From NCBI GenBank assembly GCA_049670805.1, contig JBATTW010000158.1, positions 1 through 54,189 on the forward strand: a stretch of DNA of 54,189 nucleotides, given 5' to 3'. Positions 43,184 to 52,744 of this stretch are shown piece by piece. Source of the DNA: Bacteroidota bacterium. GTDB lineage: Bacteria; Bacteroidota; Ignavibacteria; UBA10030; UBA6906. The notes below the pieces were generated by a model, which saw only the letters and a list, made by a program, of their open reading frames with translations, was not told the origin of the DNA and ran no database searches. The translations under genes and the position numbers were made by a program. Numbering within the stretch: the first letter of the stretch is position 1; each line of letters opens with the position of its first letter.

Positions 43184-43915
43184 TTACTCGCAGAGGCTCT
43201 GAAGCGACTGGTAGTCGGTGTGTAGCTGGTCGATCGCGTTCTTGATGGTGGCTTCGTTCTCGGTTTCGACCACGTCCACGAGTGCCCGGACTGACTTGGT
43301 GAGCTGTGAGCGGGCTGCATCGAACTCCTCCGTTATCTTCTTGTAGCGCCCGGGAAGAGTTGCCTTGTTGAGGGATTCCATCTTCTCCACCAGTTCCTGG
43401 GAAAACTCACGGATCTTCTCCAGAGAGTAGTCGGGAAGATAGTAGTGGTAGAGGACGTAGAGGGATTTGTGGAAGTCGTCGATCTCCGGAAGGACCGGTC
43501 GGATCATGTGAACAAGAGCTTCGAACTGTGAGTGAAGCTCTTCGGCGGCATTCAGGAGGGCTTTGTCCTGGTTCTCCTCGGCAGCCTTCTTGTACTTCTG
43601 GACAACCGCCTGAAGTTCGGCTATCCCCGCTTTCCAGGCTTCTTCCTTCTCCCTGAGGATCCCGGGGAGTTTCGCCTCAGCGAGCGCGCTGGTGCCCTGT
43701 TCGATCTCGGGGAGGAGCTCCTTCAGGAGCGCGTAGTCGTTCTCGGGCCATGCTTCGTGCCATACCCGGAATATGACTGAGTGGAACTCTTCGAGTTCCG
43801 GAACCCGTGCCTGGGTGTCTCCTGAGTCGGGACCATGATGCTGGGCGAAAATCTGTACCGAGAAGAGCAGAGCCGCGCAGAGGAGAAGGGGTCGGATAAT
43901 AGAGGACTTGTTCAC
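43184..43915 (-). CDS. Secreted alpha-helical protein with an exact 104-residue internal duplication (function unknown)
   Basis: Signal peptide MNKSSIIRPLLLCAALLFSVQIFAQ. Residues ~38-137 and ~142-241 align without gaps: PE(L/I)(E/D)(E/D)FH, (W/Y)H, LPG and LH. Confidence 0.6.
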   Translation of the reverse strand: MNKSSIIRPLLLCAALLFSVQIFAQHHGPDSGDTQARVPELEEFHSVIFRVWHEAWPENDYALLKELLPEIEQGTSALAEAKLPGILREKEEAWKAGIAELQAVVQKYKKAAEENQDKALLNAAEELHSQFEALVHMIRPVLPEIDDFHKSLYVLYHYYLPDYSLEKIREFSQELVEKMESLNKATLPGRYKKITEEFDAARSQLTKSVRALVDVVETENEATIKNAIDQLHTDYQSLQSLCE

Positions 43916-43957
43916 CTTTTCTGTAACCTCCTGGAGCTGCGTTGGTACTGGCGAGGA

Positions 43958-44956
43958 CTAGGGTATAACCTTGTAAGAGCTCAACGCTTTCATGTAGTTG
44001 GCGCGTTCGAACGCAGCCGGATTTGCCACGGACTTCTGGCTCATGCTTCCTTTCATCTGGGCGACAGAGACGTATTCATGATCAATCATCCATTTGTTGA
44101 CCTCCTCCAGAACCTCGGTGAGGTGCGAGGGGCCGTGTTTGAGGAGAGCGGAACACATCATGGTGACGTCGGCACCCGCCATGAGCATCTTCAGAACATC
44201 CTGTGCTGTATGGACCCCGCTTGTGGCCGCGAGGTTTGCCTTGATCCGCCCGTGGAGTATCGCGATCCAGCGGAGGGGGAGGCGGAGCGCCTGCGGGGTG
44301 CTGAGAATGACGTTGGGTGTCACTTCGAGCTCAGCAAGATCGAAATCCGGTTGGTAGAATCTGTTGAAAAGGACGAGGCCGTCTACTCCGGCCTCGTCGA
44401 GTTTGTGCGCCATGTTGGCCATGTTGCTGAAGAAGGGGCTGAGCTTCATGGCCACCGGAATCTTGACAGAGTTCCTGACAGCCTTCAGAACGTCGACGTA
44501 CAGCTGCTCGACATCTCCGGCGTTCTGCTGAGGGTCGGTGGGGATGTGGTAGACATTCAGTTCAAGGGCGTCTGCACCGGCTTCCTCGATCTTCTTGGCG
44601 TATGAGATCCACCCGCCCGTGGAGATACCGTTCAAACTACCGATGACCGGTATCTCGAGCGCCTCTTTTGCCTCATGGATATGGTCAATGTACTCCTCGG
44701 GGCCGAGGTTGTACTCGTCCGCTTCGGGGAAGTACGATGTGGCTTCCGCGAAGCTCTCGGCACCGTATTGCATGTAGTGGTCGAGTTCCGCCGCATCGTG
44801 GCTGATCTGCTCCTCAAAGAGCGAATACATCACGACCGCGGCGGCTCCGGCACCTTCGAGTCGTTTCATGCTGTCGAGAGTGTGCGAGAGCGGGCTTGCA
44901 GACGGGACAATCGGGTTCTTGAGATTGAGTCCCAGGTATGTGGTTGAGAGGTCCAT
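43958..44956 (-). CDS. Dihydroorotate dehydrogenase-like protein (class 1 DHOD fold, FMN TIM barrel)
   Basis: [23 protein letters not shown]...IGSLNG...KLSPFF...LVLFNRF...[18 protein letters not shown] use the ATG at 44956; the 109-aa Arg-rich extension in the ORF track is spurious. Confidence 0.85.
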   Translation of the reverse strand: MDLSTTYLGLNLKNPIVPSASPLSHTLDSMKRLEGAGAAAVVMYSLFEEQISHDAAELDHYMQYGAESFAEATSYFPEADEYNLGPEEYIDHIHEAKEALEIPVIGSLNGISTGGWISYAKKIEEAGADALELNVYHIPTDPQQNAGDVEQLYVDVLKAVRNSVKIPVAMKLSPFFSNMANMAHKLDEAGVDGLVLFNRFYQPDFDLAELEVTPNVILSTPQALRLPLRWIAILHGRIKANLAATSGVHTAQDVLKMLMAGADVTMMCSALLKHGPSHLTEVLEEVNKWMIDHEYVSVAQMKGSMSQKSVANPAAFERANYMKALSSYKVIP

Positions 44957-45008
44957 GGTTACATTTCCATTCTGTTTCTGTGAAACGAGCAGTAGACACG
45001 TTTGGTGA

Positions 45009-48000
45009 TCACGAGCTCTTCTGGAGCGGTGGTTTTTGCGTCTTACTGTTTCCGTCGCTTGCCAGGGCTTCGTAGGCCTTCCACCGATCCTGGACATCCT
45101 TTTCCGCCTTGGCCATGAGCTCCTTTGCCGCCTGCGGATTGCTCTTGGTGAGCATCTTGTAGCGGGCTTCCATGTAGGCGTAGTCCTGAAAGCTGATTTT
45201 TGGAGGCTTCGATTCAATCTTGAGGGGATTCTTCCCTTCGAGCGCCACCCGGGGATCATACCTGTACAGAGGCCAGTGGCCACTCTCGACGGCTGCCTTC
45301 TGGTTCTGCATCGCCTTGGTCATGTTGATGCCATGGGCGATGCAGTGGCTGTAGGCGATGATGAGGGACGGCCCATCGTACGCTTCCGCCTCGAGAAACG
45401 CACGAACGGTCTGGAGATCGCTATGGCCCATGGCAACCTCGGCCACGTAGACGTTTCCGTATGTCATGGCCATCCGGCCGAGGTCTTTCTTGGCTTGCAG
45501 TTTTCCGCCGAAGGCAAACTTCGCGACCGCAGAGCGGGGTGTTGCTTTTGACATCTGTCCGCCTGTGTTGGAGTACACCTCGGTATCCAGTACGAGGAGG
45601 TTTACGTTCCGTCCCGAAGCGAGGACGTGGTCCAGACCTCCGTAACCGATGTCGTAGGCCCACCCGTCTCCGCCCACAATCCAGACGCTCTTCTTCACGA
45701 GGCTGTCCGCCAGGGTCAGGAGGTCCTTTGCTTCCGCCGAGTCCAGCGTCTTGAGCTTCTCCTTCAGCGCTTCCACTCGTTCGCGCTGTTCAAAGATACC
45801 CGATTCGTCTGACTGGTCCGCCTCGAGAAGCCCCTGTGCCAGGCCCGCTCCGACCGTCGAGGAGAGGGACTGTACCAGCTCGCGGGCCATCTCGTTGTGC
45901 TTGTCGAGCGTCAGTCGGAAACCCATACCGAATTCGGCATTGTCTTCGAAAAGAGAATTGGACCAGGCAGGGCCGCGACCGTTTGGATCCTTCGACCAGG
46001 GCGTTGTGGGAAGGTTCCCCCCGTAGATGGAGGAGCACCCTGTTGCGTTTGCCACGACGCAACGATCGCCAAAGAGCTGGCTGATCAGTTTCACGTACGG
46101 TGTTTCTCCACATGCGGAACATGCACCGGAATACTCGAAGAGAGGCTGTAAGAACTGCGAGCCCTTCACGGTATCGACCTTGACGGTTCGTCTGTCGACC
46201 TCCGGCAGATTCAGGAAAAAGTCGTAGTTTTCTCTCTCCGACTCACGGATAGGAGGCTGTGGCTCCATGTTGATCGCCTTTAGCCGGGTCTCCTTCTTGT
46301 TCTTTGCGGGGCAGACCTCGACGCAGAGTCCGCATCCGGTGCAATCTTCGGGAGCTGTCTGAATGGTGTATTTCATTCCCTTGTACTCCGCCCCCCTGAA
46401 GTCGACGGCCTTATACGTCCCGGGCCTGTCCTTCAGATGTGAGGGATCGTACACCTTTGCACGTATGGCGGCGTGGGGACAGACGAGAACGCATTTATTG
46501 CACTGGATGCAGGTTCCCTCGTCCCACACGGGGATCTCGAGGGCGATATTTCGTTTCTCCCAGGCTGCAGTGCCGGTAGGAAATGTGCCGTCCACGGGGA
46601 AGGCGCTCACGGGGAGATCATCGCCGAAGCCTCCAATGATTCGCGCCGTCACATCCTTGACGAACTCGGGCGCCTTTTCGGAGACAATGGGTGGCATCTC
46701 GACCGAGCTCGAGACCGCAGCCGGTAGCTCTACCTGGTGGAGGTTTGCCAGCGTCTGGTCCACGGCCGCGAAGTTCTGCTGTACCACCTGATCGCCCTTC
46801 TTGCCGTATGTCTTTTTGATTGCGCTCTTGATCTTCTCGATGGCCTCATCGCGTGGCAGCACGCCGGAGATCGCAAAGAAGCAGGTCTGCATGATCGTGT
46901 TGATCCGCGCACCCATGCCCGTCTTCTGGGCGACGCTGTACGCATCAATAGTGTAAAGATTGATCTTCTTCTGAATCAGCCGCTGCTGCACCTGGCGGGG
47001 GAGTTTGTCCCAGACTTCGTCCGGTCCGTAGATGCTGTTGAGGAGAAAGGTCGCGCCCGGCACCGCGGATTTTAGAACATCGAACTTCTCCAGAAAAACC
47101 CACTGGTGACAGGCAATGAAATTCGCCTGGGTGACAAGATAGGTCGAGTGTATCGGACGGGGCCCGAATCGAAGGTGGGATACGGTCGTGGATCCCGACT
47201 TCTTGGAATCGTAGACGAAATATCCCTGCGCATTAAAATCGGTCTCTTCGCCGATGATCTTGATGGAGTTCTTGTTTGCGCCCACCGTTCCATCGGCGCC
47301 CAGGCCATAGAAAAGCCCCCTGATCACATCCTCCTCCTCTGTCGTGAAGGACAGATCGTAGTCAAGGCTGGTATTTGTCACGTCGTCCACGATACCGAGG
47401 GTGAATTGATTCTTGGGCTTCTCCCGGTTCATCTCGTCGAAGACACCCTTTACCATTGCCGGGGTGAACTCCTTTGAGGAGAGCCCGTACCGACCACCGA
47501 TGATGTGCGGAAATGGCCGTGCGGCACCGTTTCCCGCCGCCATGCTTTCCGCAAACGCGGTGACGACATCTTTGTAGAGAGGTTCACCCGCCGCACCGGG
47601 CTCTTTTGTCCGATCCAGTACGGCAATGCTCTTTGCTGTCTGCGGAATGGCGTCCAGCAGCCGCTGGGGGTCCCACGGCCTGTAGAGGCGAACCTTTACG
47701 AGGCCTACTTTTTCACCTTGCGCGTTGAGGTGCTCTACAGTCTCGTGTGCGGCTTCGGCCCCGGAACCTATCATGATGATTACTCTTTCTGGATCCGGTG
47801 CGCCCACGTACTGGAAGAGTTTGTATTCTCGGCCGACGACCTTGTTGAATCTGTCCATCACCTTCTGGACGATGTCGGGAGTCTTCAGGTAGAAGGGATT
47901 GACGGTTTCCCGTGCCTGGAAAAACACATCGGGGTTCTGTGCCGTGCCCCGGATCACGGGATGATCGGGCGAGAGCGCCCGTGCACGGTGTGCGTGCACC

Positions 48001-48596
48001 AGCTCATCATCGATCATTGCACGCATCTCTTCGTCGGTAAGCTCTTCGATCTTCATGACCTCGTGTGATGTGCGGAAACCATCGAAGAAGTGGACAAACG
48101 GGACACGAGATTCGAGCGAGGCTGCTTGCGCGATGAGCACGAAGTCCATGACCTCCTGCACGCTGTTGGATGCGAGCAGGGCAAAACCGGTGCTGCGGGT
48201 TGCCATGACGTCGCTGTGGTCACCAAAAATCGAGAGTGCGTGTGCCGCGACTGAGCGGGCGGAGACGTTGAACACGGTCGGAGTCAGCTCACCTGCGATC
48301 TTAAACATGTTGGGGATCATCAGAAGCAGACCCTGAGAAGCGGTGAAGGTCGTTGATAGTGCTCCTGTCTGGAGGGCGCCGTGGACAGCGCCTGCAGCAC
48401 CACCTTCGCTTTGCATCTCCGTAACTGACGGCACCGTGCCCCAGAGGTTTTTCCTCCCTTGAGCAGACCATTCGTCGGCCCATTCGCCCATGTTTGAGGA
48501 TGGCGTGATCGGGTAGATCGCTATGACTTCATTCAGCTTGTGGGCTGAAAAGGCTGCTGCTTCGTTGCCGTCAATCGTGACTTTTCGATGCTTCAT
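45009..48596 (-). CDS. nifJ: Pyruvate:ferredoxin (flavodoxin) oxidoreductase, single-chain NifJ/YdbK type
   Basis: 1195 aa. N-terminus [34 protein letters not shown]. Two ferredoxin-type clusters, [12 protein letters not shown] and [15 protein letters not shown] motif [13 protein letters not shown]. Confidence 0.95.
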   Translation of the reverse strand: MKHRKVTIDGNEAAAFSAHKLNEVIAIYPITPSSNMGEWADEWSAQGRKNLWGTVPSVTEMQSEGGAAGAVHGALQTGALSTTFTASQGLLLMIPNMFKIAGELTPTVFNVSARSVAAHALSIFGDHSDVMATRSTGFALLASNSVQEVMDFVLIAQAASLESRVPFVHFFDGFRTSHEVMKIEELTDEEMRAMIDDELVHAHRARALSPDHPVIRGTAQNPDVFFQARETVNPFYLKTPDIVQKVMDRFNKVVGREYKLFQYVGAPDPERVIIMIGSGAEAAHETVEHLNAQGEKVGLVKVRLYRPWDPQRLLDAIPQTAKSIAVLDRTKEPGAAGEPLYKDVVTAFAESMAAGNGAARPFPHIIGGRYGLSSKEFTPAMVKGVFDEMNREKPKNQFTLGIVDDVTNTSLDYDLSFTTEEEDVIRGLFYGLGADGTVGANKNSIKIIGEETDFNAQGYFVYDSKKSGSTTVSHLRFGPRPIHSTYLVTQANFIACHQWVFLEKFDVLKSAVPGATFLLNSIYGPDEVWDKLPRQVQQRLIQKKINLYTIDAYSVAQKTGMGARINTIMQTCFFAISGVLPRDEAIEKIKSAIKKTYGKKGDQVVQQNFAAVDQTLANLHQVELPAAVSSSVEMPPIVSEKAPEFVKDVTARIIGGFGDDLPVSAFPVDGTFPTGTAAWEKRNIALEIPVWDEGTCIQCNKCVLVCPHAAIRAKVYDPSHLKDRPGTYKAVDFRGAEYKGMKYTIQTAPEDCTGCGLCVEVCPAKNKKETRLKAINMEPQPPIRESERENYDFFLNLPEVDRRTVKVDTVKGSQFLQPLFEYSGACSACGETPYVKLISQLFGDRCVVANATGCSSIYGGNLPTTPWSKDPNGRGPAWSNSLFEDNAEFGMGFRLTLDKHNEMARELVQSLSSTVGAGLAQGLLEADQSDESGIFEQRERVEALKEKLKTLDSAEAKDLLTLADSLVKKSVWIVGGDGWAYDIGYGGLDHVLASGRNVNLLVLDTEVYSNTGGQMSKATPRSAVAKFAFGGKLQAKKDLGRMAMTYGNVYVAEVAMGHSDLQTVRAFLEAEAYDGPSLIIAYSHCIAHGINMTKAMQNQKAAVESGHWPLYRYDPRVALEGKNPLKIESKPPKISFQDYAYMEARYKMLTKSNPQAAKELMAKAEKDVQDRWKAYEALASDGNSKTQKPPLQKSS

Positions 48597-48813
48597 CGTT
48601 ACCTGCCTGTTTCTTCAGAATTTATGTAAACTTGGTAGTTCAGAAAAAGGTCTAGTTCGGTCGGTTTCGTATAGGATATGGCCAATTCCATGCCAGCAGC
48701 CAAGCAGCCAAAAACGATAAAAAGAAGGGGTTCTCTGCCTCCTATTCCAAGAATTGAGAAAAGCCGGGAGGGGGTGGGAATAGTACAAGAAGTGACTCTG
48801 GTCTGGCGGCGTT

Positions 48814-49740
48814 CTAACCCTTCCCGAGAAAAGCGTAGTTCATCATCTTGTATGCGAGTCTTGCAGCGGTCAGATCCGGGTGGTGCACGCCCCTGACCGG
48901 TGCGAGCTCGACCAGGTCGAATCCCACGATCGTGCGTGATTCGCCGATCATCCGGATTATGCGGGTGGCCTCCGTCCAGGAAAGGCCGTTGGGTTCGGGA
49001 GTTCCAGTGCTCGGCATGATCGAGGGATCAAGGCAGTCCACATCAAAAGTGACATACACGTGGTCTGTCAGGCTCCTCAGGATTGTCTGATGCAACCGTT
49101 CCGACGACTGCGCATATTCGCCGTCATGGATGTTGTGTGCGTAGAAGGTCTGGACCCCTCTGTTCTTTATGTATTCCGATTCTTCCCGGCACTGAGCGCG
49201 AATACCCACCTGGACGAGGCGGTGTGGATCAAGCACTTCGCAAACTCGCGCCATTACCGAGGCGTGACTGTACCGGTTCCCTCCGTAGCTGTCGCGTAGG
49301 TCAGAATGTGCGTCAAACTGGATCACGGAGAGGGCCGGGAACCGCTGGAGGTGTGCGGCGATGCAGGCTGAGGATATCGTGTGTTCGCCGCCTAGGGTAG
49401 CTACGAATTTCCCCTCTTCCAGGCGGGTTTTGACGGTACGCTGAAGGTAGTCCAGCGCACGTTTGTCAACCCGATTTCCAAACTTCAGAGACGGCAGCGT
49501 GGCTATCCCGACGTCTTTGCACAATTCACGGTCAATCTCCTCATCGTAGAATTCCACGTAGTGGGAGGCCTTGATGATGCGGGATGGTCCCATGCCGGTT
49601 CCGCGTCCAAAGCTCACGGTATGTTCATACGGTGCGGAGAGGAGGACGATCAATGATGACTCGTACTCTGAAGATGCTTTCTCAAGACCAAGGAAATTTG
49701 ACCGGGGCCCGAGAGCCGCGGGCGGGGGGGTGGGTGCCAT
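48814..49740 (-). CDS. speB: Agmatinase (arginase/ureohydrolase family)
   Basis: Mn-binding motifs GGEHTIS, FDAHSDL and TFDVDCLDPS. Confidence 0.8.
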   Translation of the reverse strand: MAPTPPPAALGPRSNFLGLEKASSEYESSLIVLLSAPYEHTVSFGRGTGMGPSRIIKASHYVEFYDEEIDRELCKDVGIATLPSLKFGNRVDKRALDYLQRTVKTRLEEGKFVATLGGEHTISSACIAAHLQRFPALSVIQFDAHSDLRDSYGGNRYSHASVMARVCEVLDPHRLVQVGIRAQCREESEYIKNRGVQTFYAHNIHDGEYAQSSERLHQTILRSLTDHVYVTFDVDCLDPSIMPSTGTPEPNGLSWTEATRIIRMIGESRTIVGFDLVELAPVRGVHHPDLTAARLAYKMMNYAFLGKG

Positions 49741-49823
49741 GGGACTCTGCTTGAGGGGATTCTGATATCTGCTTCGGGTGCCCGAATATAGCCGGGGTCG
49801 CGTTCAATTGCAACACGCTCTAC

Positions 49824-49852
49824 TTGACAATCGGGTTATTTTCGGCTATGTT
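49824..49852 (+). promoter_or_regulatory. Candidate sigma70-type promoter TTGACA-17-TATGTT giving a (near-)leaderless mRNA
   Basis: Perfect -35 at 49824-49829 and -10 at 49847-49852. The ATG of the DUF2085 gene is at 49864, 11 nt after the -10, with no Shine-Dalgarno sequence. Confidence 0.4.
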
Positions 49853-49863
49853 CTCGTCATCCT

Positions 49864-50382
49864 ATGAATCTCCAACGGCTGACCTATCTCGCCATCGCTA
49901 TCGGTGCCGCTCTCTGGTGTGCGTTGATTGCCCTGCCACCGGCAATTGCTGCCTCTTCGGATTCCCTGGCAGACACCGCGGCACTTCTTGCCTCGTTCTT
50001 TCGTCCTGTCTGTCATCAGATTGATGGCCGCTCGCTCACACTGTTCGGGGAACCCCTGGCGGTCTGTGCGAGATGTTCGGCAATCTATGGCGCGTTCTTG
50101 CTGGGAACCCTGCTCTATCCCCTGCTTCGCAGTGTTGAAAAACCTGTGATGCCACCCCGCTGGCTGTTGATTGTGGCCCTCATCCCCATGCTGGCAGATG
50201 CGATTCCCGGGATGATCGGAATCCATGAAGTAAGCACCGCGACGCGCGTCATCACGGGGGCCATTTTCGGCGCCGTGTTACCCTTTGTGATACTTCCCGC
50301 TGCCATCGAGGGTGTTGGTCAGCTCTTTACGCGTTTTACTCCTTCCACCGTCCATCACAAGAAAGGAATGAGCGATGCCTGA
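49864..50382 (+). CDS. DUF2085 family membrane protein
   Basis: FFRPVCHQIDGRSL...AVCARCSAIYGAFLLG (CHQ...CARC motif pair) with 4-5 TM segments. Confidence 0.8.
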   Translation: MNLQRLTYLAIAIGAALWCALIALPPAIAASSDSLADTAALLASFFRPVCHQIDGRSLTLFGEPLAVCARCSAIYGAFLLGTLLYPLLRSVEKPVMPPRWLLIVALIPMLADAIPGMIGIHEVSTATRVITGAIFGAVLPFVILPAAIEGVGQLFTRFTPSTVHHKKGMSDA

Positions 50383-50899
50383 AAAACCGAGTAAGCTCAT
50401 GCCAGCCCTTTATGGGGGCATCATCATTGGGATTATCTCCGGGATCCCGTATGTAAACTTCGTCAACTGTCTCTGTTGTGCAGGAGTCCTGTTCGGTGGT
50501 TTCATGGCGGTCTTCTTCTACAACAAAGACCTGACTCCCGCCATGTCTCCCCTCACCAGCGGTGACTCGATTCAGCTGGGTGCTCTGGCCGGGCTTATCG
50601 GCGCCATTGTAGGGAGCGTCATCACCGGGTTGATAATGGTCACTGTTGGCAACGTTGCCGGCGAAGCCATGTACGAAATGCTCATGAGCTTCTACGAGAC
50701 GGTGGGTATTCTCGACCTGATGCCACCCGAGGCGGTCGATGGGATGTACGAAGGGATGACGAAGGCCGAACTGGATCCTATGACGATCGTTATGTCGCTC
50801 ATCATCGACCCGCTGTTCGGATTGCTCGGGGGTCTCATAGGTTATGCGGTCTACAAGCCGAAAGACGTAGCACCGGCAGCGGCACCACCGCAATCATAA
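50375..50899 (+). CDS. Hypothetical integral membrane protein
   Basis: 174 aa with 3-4 hydrophobic segments and an NCLCCAG motif. Overlaps the DUF2085 gene by 8 nt. No family recognised. Confidence 0.55.
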   Translation: MPEKPSKLMPALYGGIIIGIISGIPYVNFVNCLCCAGVLFGGFMAVFFYNKDLTPAMSPLTSGDSIQLGALAGLIGAIVGSVITGLIMVTVGNVAGEAMYEMLMSFYETVGILDLMPPEAVDGMYEGMTKAELDPMTIVMSLIIDPLFGLLGGLIGYAVYKPKDVAPAAAPPQS

Positions 50900-50921
50900 A
50901 CCATAGTTCTGTTTCGCAGGG

Positions 50922-50974
50922 AAGGCAATATCTCCTCCGGCTTCGCGGCCGGGAGGGGGTATTGCCTTTTCTTG
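50922..50974 (+). terminator. Rho-independent terminator
   Basis: AAGGCAATATCTCCTCCGGC-TTCGCG-GCCGGGAGGGGGTATTGCCTT forms a ~20-bp stem with one bulge and two G-U pairs. It runs into TTTTCTTG and sits between convergent genes. Confidence 0.7.
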
Positions 50975-50991
50975 TAGGAGATCAAGCTTAG

Positions 50992-52734
50992 CTAGATCCC
51001 CCCTGCCGTTCCCCCGCTTCTGGGATCAGCCGATCCCTGCCAGAGACTATCTGTTTTCAGGATACTCGGCGCAGAGCCAAAGTAGCGGAGCTCTTCCACC
51101 ACATGTCCGCGTTCCCTCAATTCCTTGAGCCGGTCGGCCGGGAACCCGTCCGCATCGACGCGGACCGTGTCCGGCAGATGTTGATGGTGGAGACGGGGGA
51201 GAAGGACCGCCGTCGGGGCGTCACAGCTGTGGTCGATGATGTTGGACATCACGTGGAAGACACTGGATATGATCCTGGGTCCCCCGCGGGCGCCTGTGAT
51301 GAGAAGGGGTTCCCCTGCCTGATCCAGGATGATCGTGGGGGTCATTGCGGAGAGCATGCGCTTCTCCGGTGTGATCATGTTTACCTCACCCTGCACGAGC
51401 CCCAGCATATTTGGCGCCCCCGCCTTGGTGGTGAAATCATCCATCTCATCGTTCAGGAGAAAGCCCGCGCCGGCTACTGTGACGGCGGAGCCAAAGAGCT
51501 CGTTGAGGGTTGTGGTAAGGGCCACAGCATTGCCGTGCGGGTCGGTGACAGAAATATGTGTTGTGTGGTTCCCCTCACGGGGCTGCGACGGCAGGGTCAG
51601 CTGCCCGGAGGGAGTTGCAGCGGTGGGATCTATCGTTGCGCGCAGGCTGTCGGCGTACTCTTTTGAGATGAGCAGCTTCTGGGGGATCTCTACAAAGTCA
51701 GGATCGGCAAGTGTTGCATTCCGGATGGCAAATGCTCTCCGCATCGCTTCCGCCGTTAGGTGCAGAAGGTCGGTGGACCCCCATCCGAGGGAGCCGGCAT
51801 CATATCCTTCCATGATGTTTGCAATGATTGCGAGCGTGATTCCACCTGAAGAGGGAGGAGGCATTGAGAAAACGGTCCGGTCCCTGTAGGTGAATCGAAC
51901 AGGATCTCTCCAGCGCGGAGCGTATCTCCTGAGGTCCTCGCGCGTGATGATCCCCCCGCCCCGTCTCATCTCGGAAACAATGAGATCTGCCGTTTCACCC
52001 TCGTAAAACCCGGCGGAGCCGTTTTGCGCAATGCGCCGGAGAGTGGAGGCAAGGTCGGGGTTTCGCCAGGTGGTTCCCGTCCGAAGGGGAGCTCCATCCG
52101 GAAGAAACAGTTCGGCTGAAGCAGGGAACCGGCGAAGCCGTGTGAGATCGTCGGCGAGGACTGCCGCAAACCGCCGGTTGATTTCAAAACCATCTTCCGC
52201 GAGTCGGATCGCCGGGGCAAGGAGGTCCTTCCACGGGATTGTTCCGTATCTTCTGTGGAGGGCCCGGAGTCCGGCAACGCTCCCCGGAACGCCGGAAGCG
52301 AGATGACCGGTGACGGAACCGTCCGTCAGGCCTCCGAGAGAGTCCAGGTACATAGACGCATCAGAGGCGAGCGGTGCCTTCTCCCGGAAGTCCAGGGCCG
52401 CTGTCGATCCATCCGAAAGATAGACGAGGGCAAATCCCCCGCCGCCGATATTGCCGGCCTCCGGGTAGACCACCGCCAGGGCGAATGCGGTTGCGACGGC
52501 CGCGTCAACAGCGTTGCCGCCATCTCTGAGCGCCAGTAGCCCGATCTCCGTTGCGGGGGCTGCGTCAGATACCACCACTCCTCTACCGGTGGCGTACGGG
52601 AAAGATGCAAAATCATACGGCCACCGGGGAGACACCTTCTCACTCAGAGAAGGCGCGCCACAGCCCAGGATCAGGAGAGACAAAAGCGGAGGGACGCAAA
52701 GAGCGACAATCTGTTCTTTGAATGCCCTTTTCAT
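50992..52734 (-). CDS. ggt: Gamma-glutamyltransferase
   Basis: Lipoprotein-like signal ...LSLLILGCGA. Autoprocessing site NHTTHISVTDPHGNAVALTTTLN and GGPRIIS. I use the ATG at 52734. Confidence 0.9.
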   Translation of the reverse strand: MKRAFKEQIVALCVPPLLSLLILGCGAPSLSEKVSPRWPYDFASFPYATGRGVVVSDAAPATEIGLLALRDGGNAVDAAVATAFALAVVYPEAGNIGGGGFALVYLSDGSTAALDFREKAPLASDASMYLDSLGGLTDGSVTGHLASGVPGSVAGLRALHRRYGTIPWKDLLAPAIRLAEDGFEINRRFAAVLADDLTRLRRFPASAELFLPDGAPLRTGTTWRNPDLASTLRRIAQNGSAGFYEGETADLIVSEMRRGGGIITREDLRRYAPRWRDPVRFTYRDRTVFSMPPPSSGGITLAIIANIMEGYDAGSLGWGSTDLLHLTAEAMRRAFAIRNATLADPDFVEIPQKLLISKEYADSLRATIDPTAATPSGQLTLPSQPREGNHTTHISVTDPHGNAVALTTTLNELFGSAVTVAGAGFLLNDEMDDFTTKAGAPNMLGLVQGEVNMITPEKRMLSAMTPTIILDQAGEPLLITGARGGPRIISSVFHVMSNIIDHSCDAPTAVLLPRLHHQHLPDTVRVDADGFPADRLKELRERGHVVEELRYFGSAPSILKTDSLWQGSADPRSGGTAGGI

Positions 52735-52744
52735 GGAGCACCGA

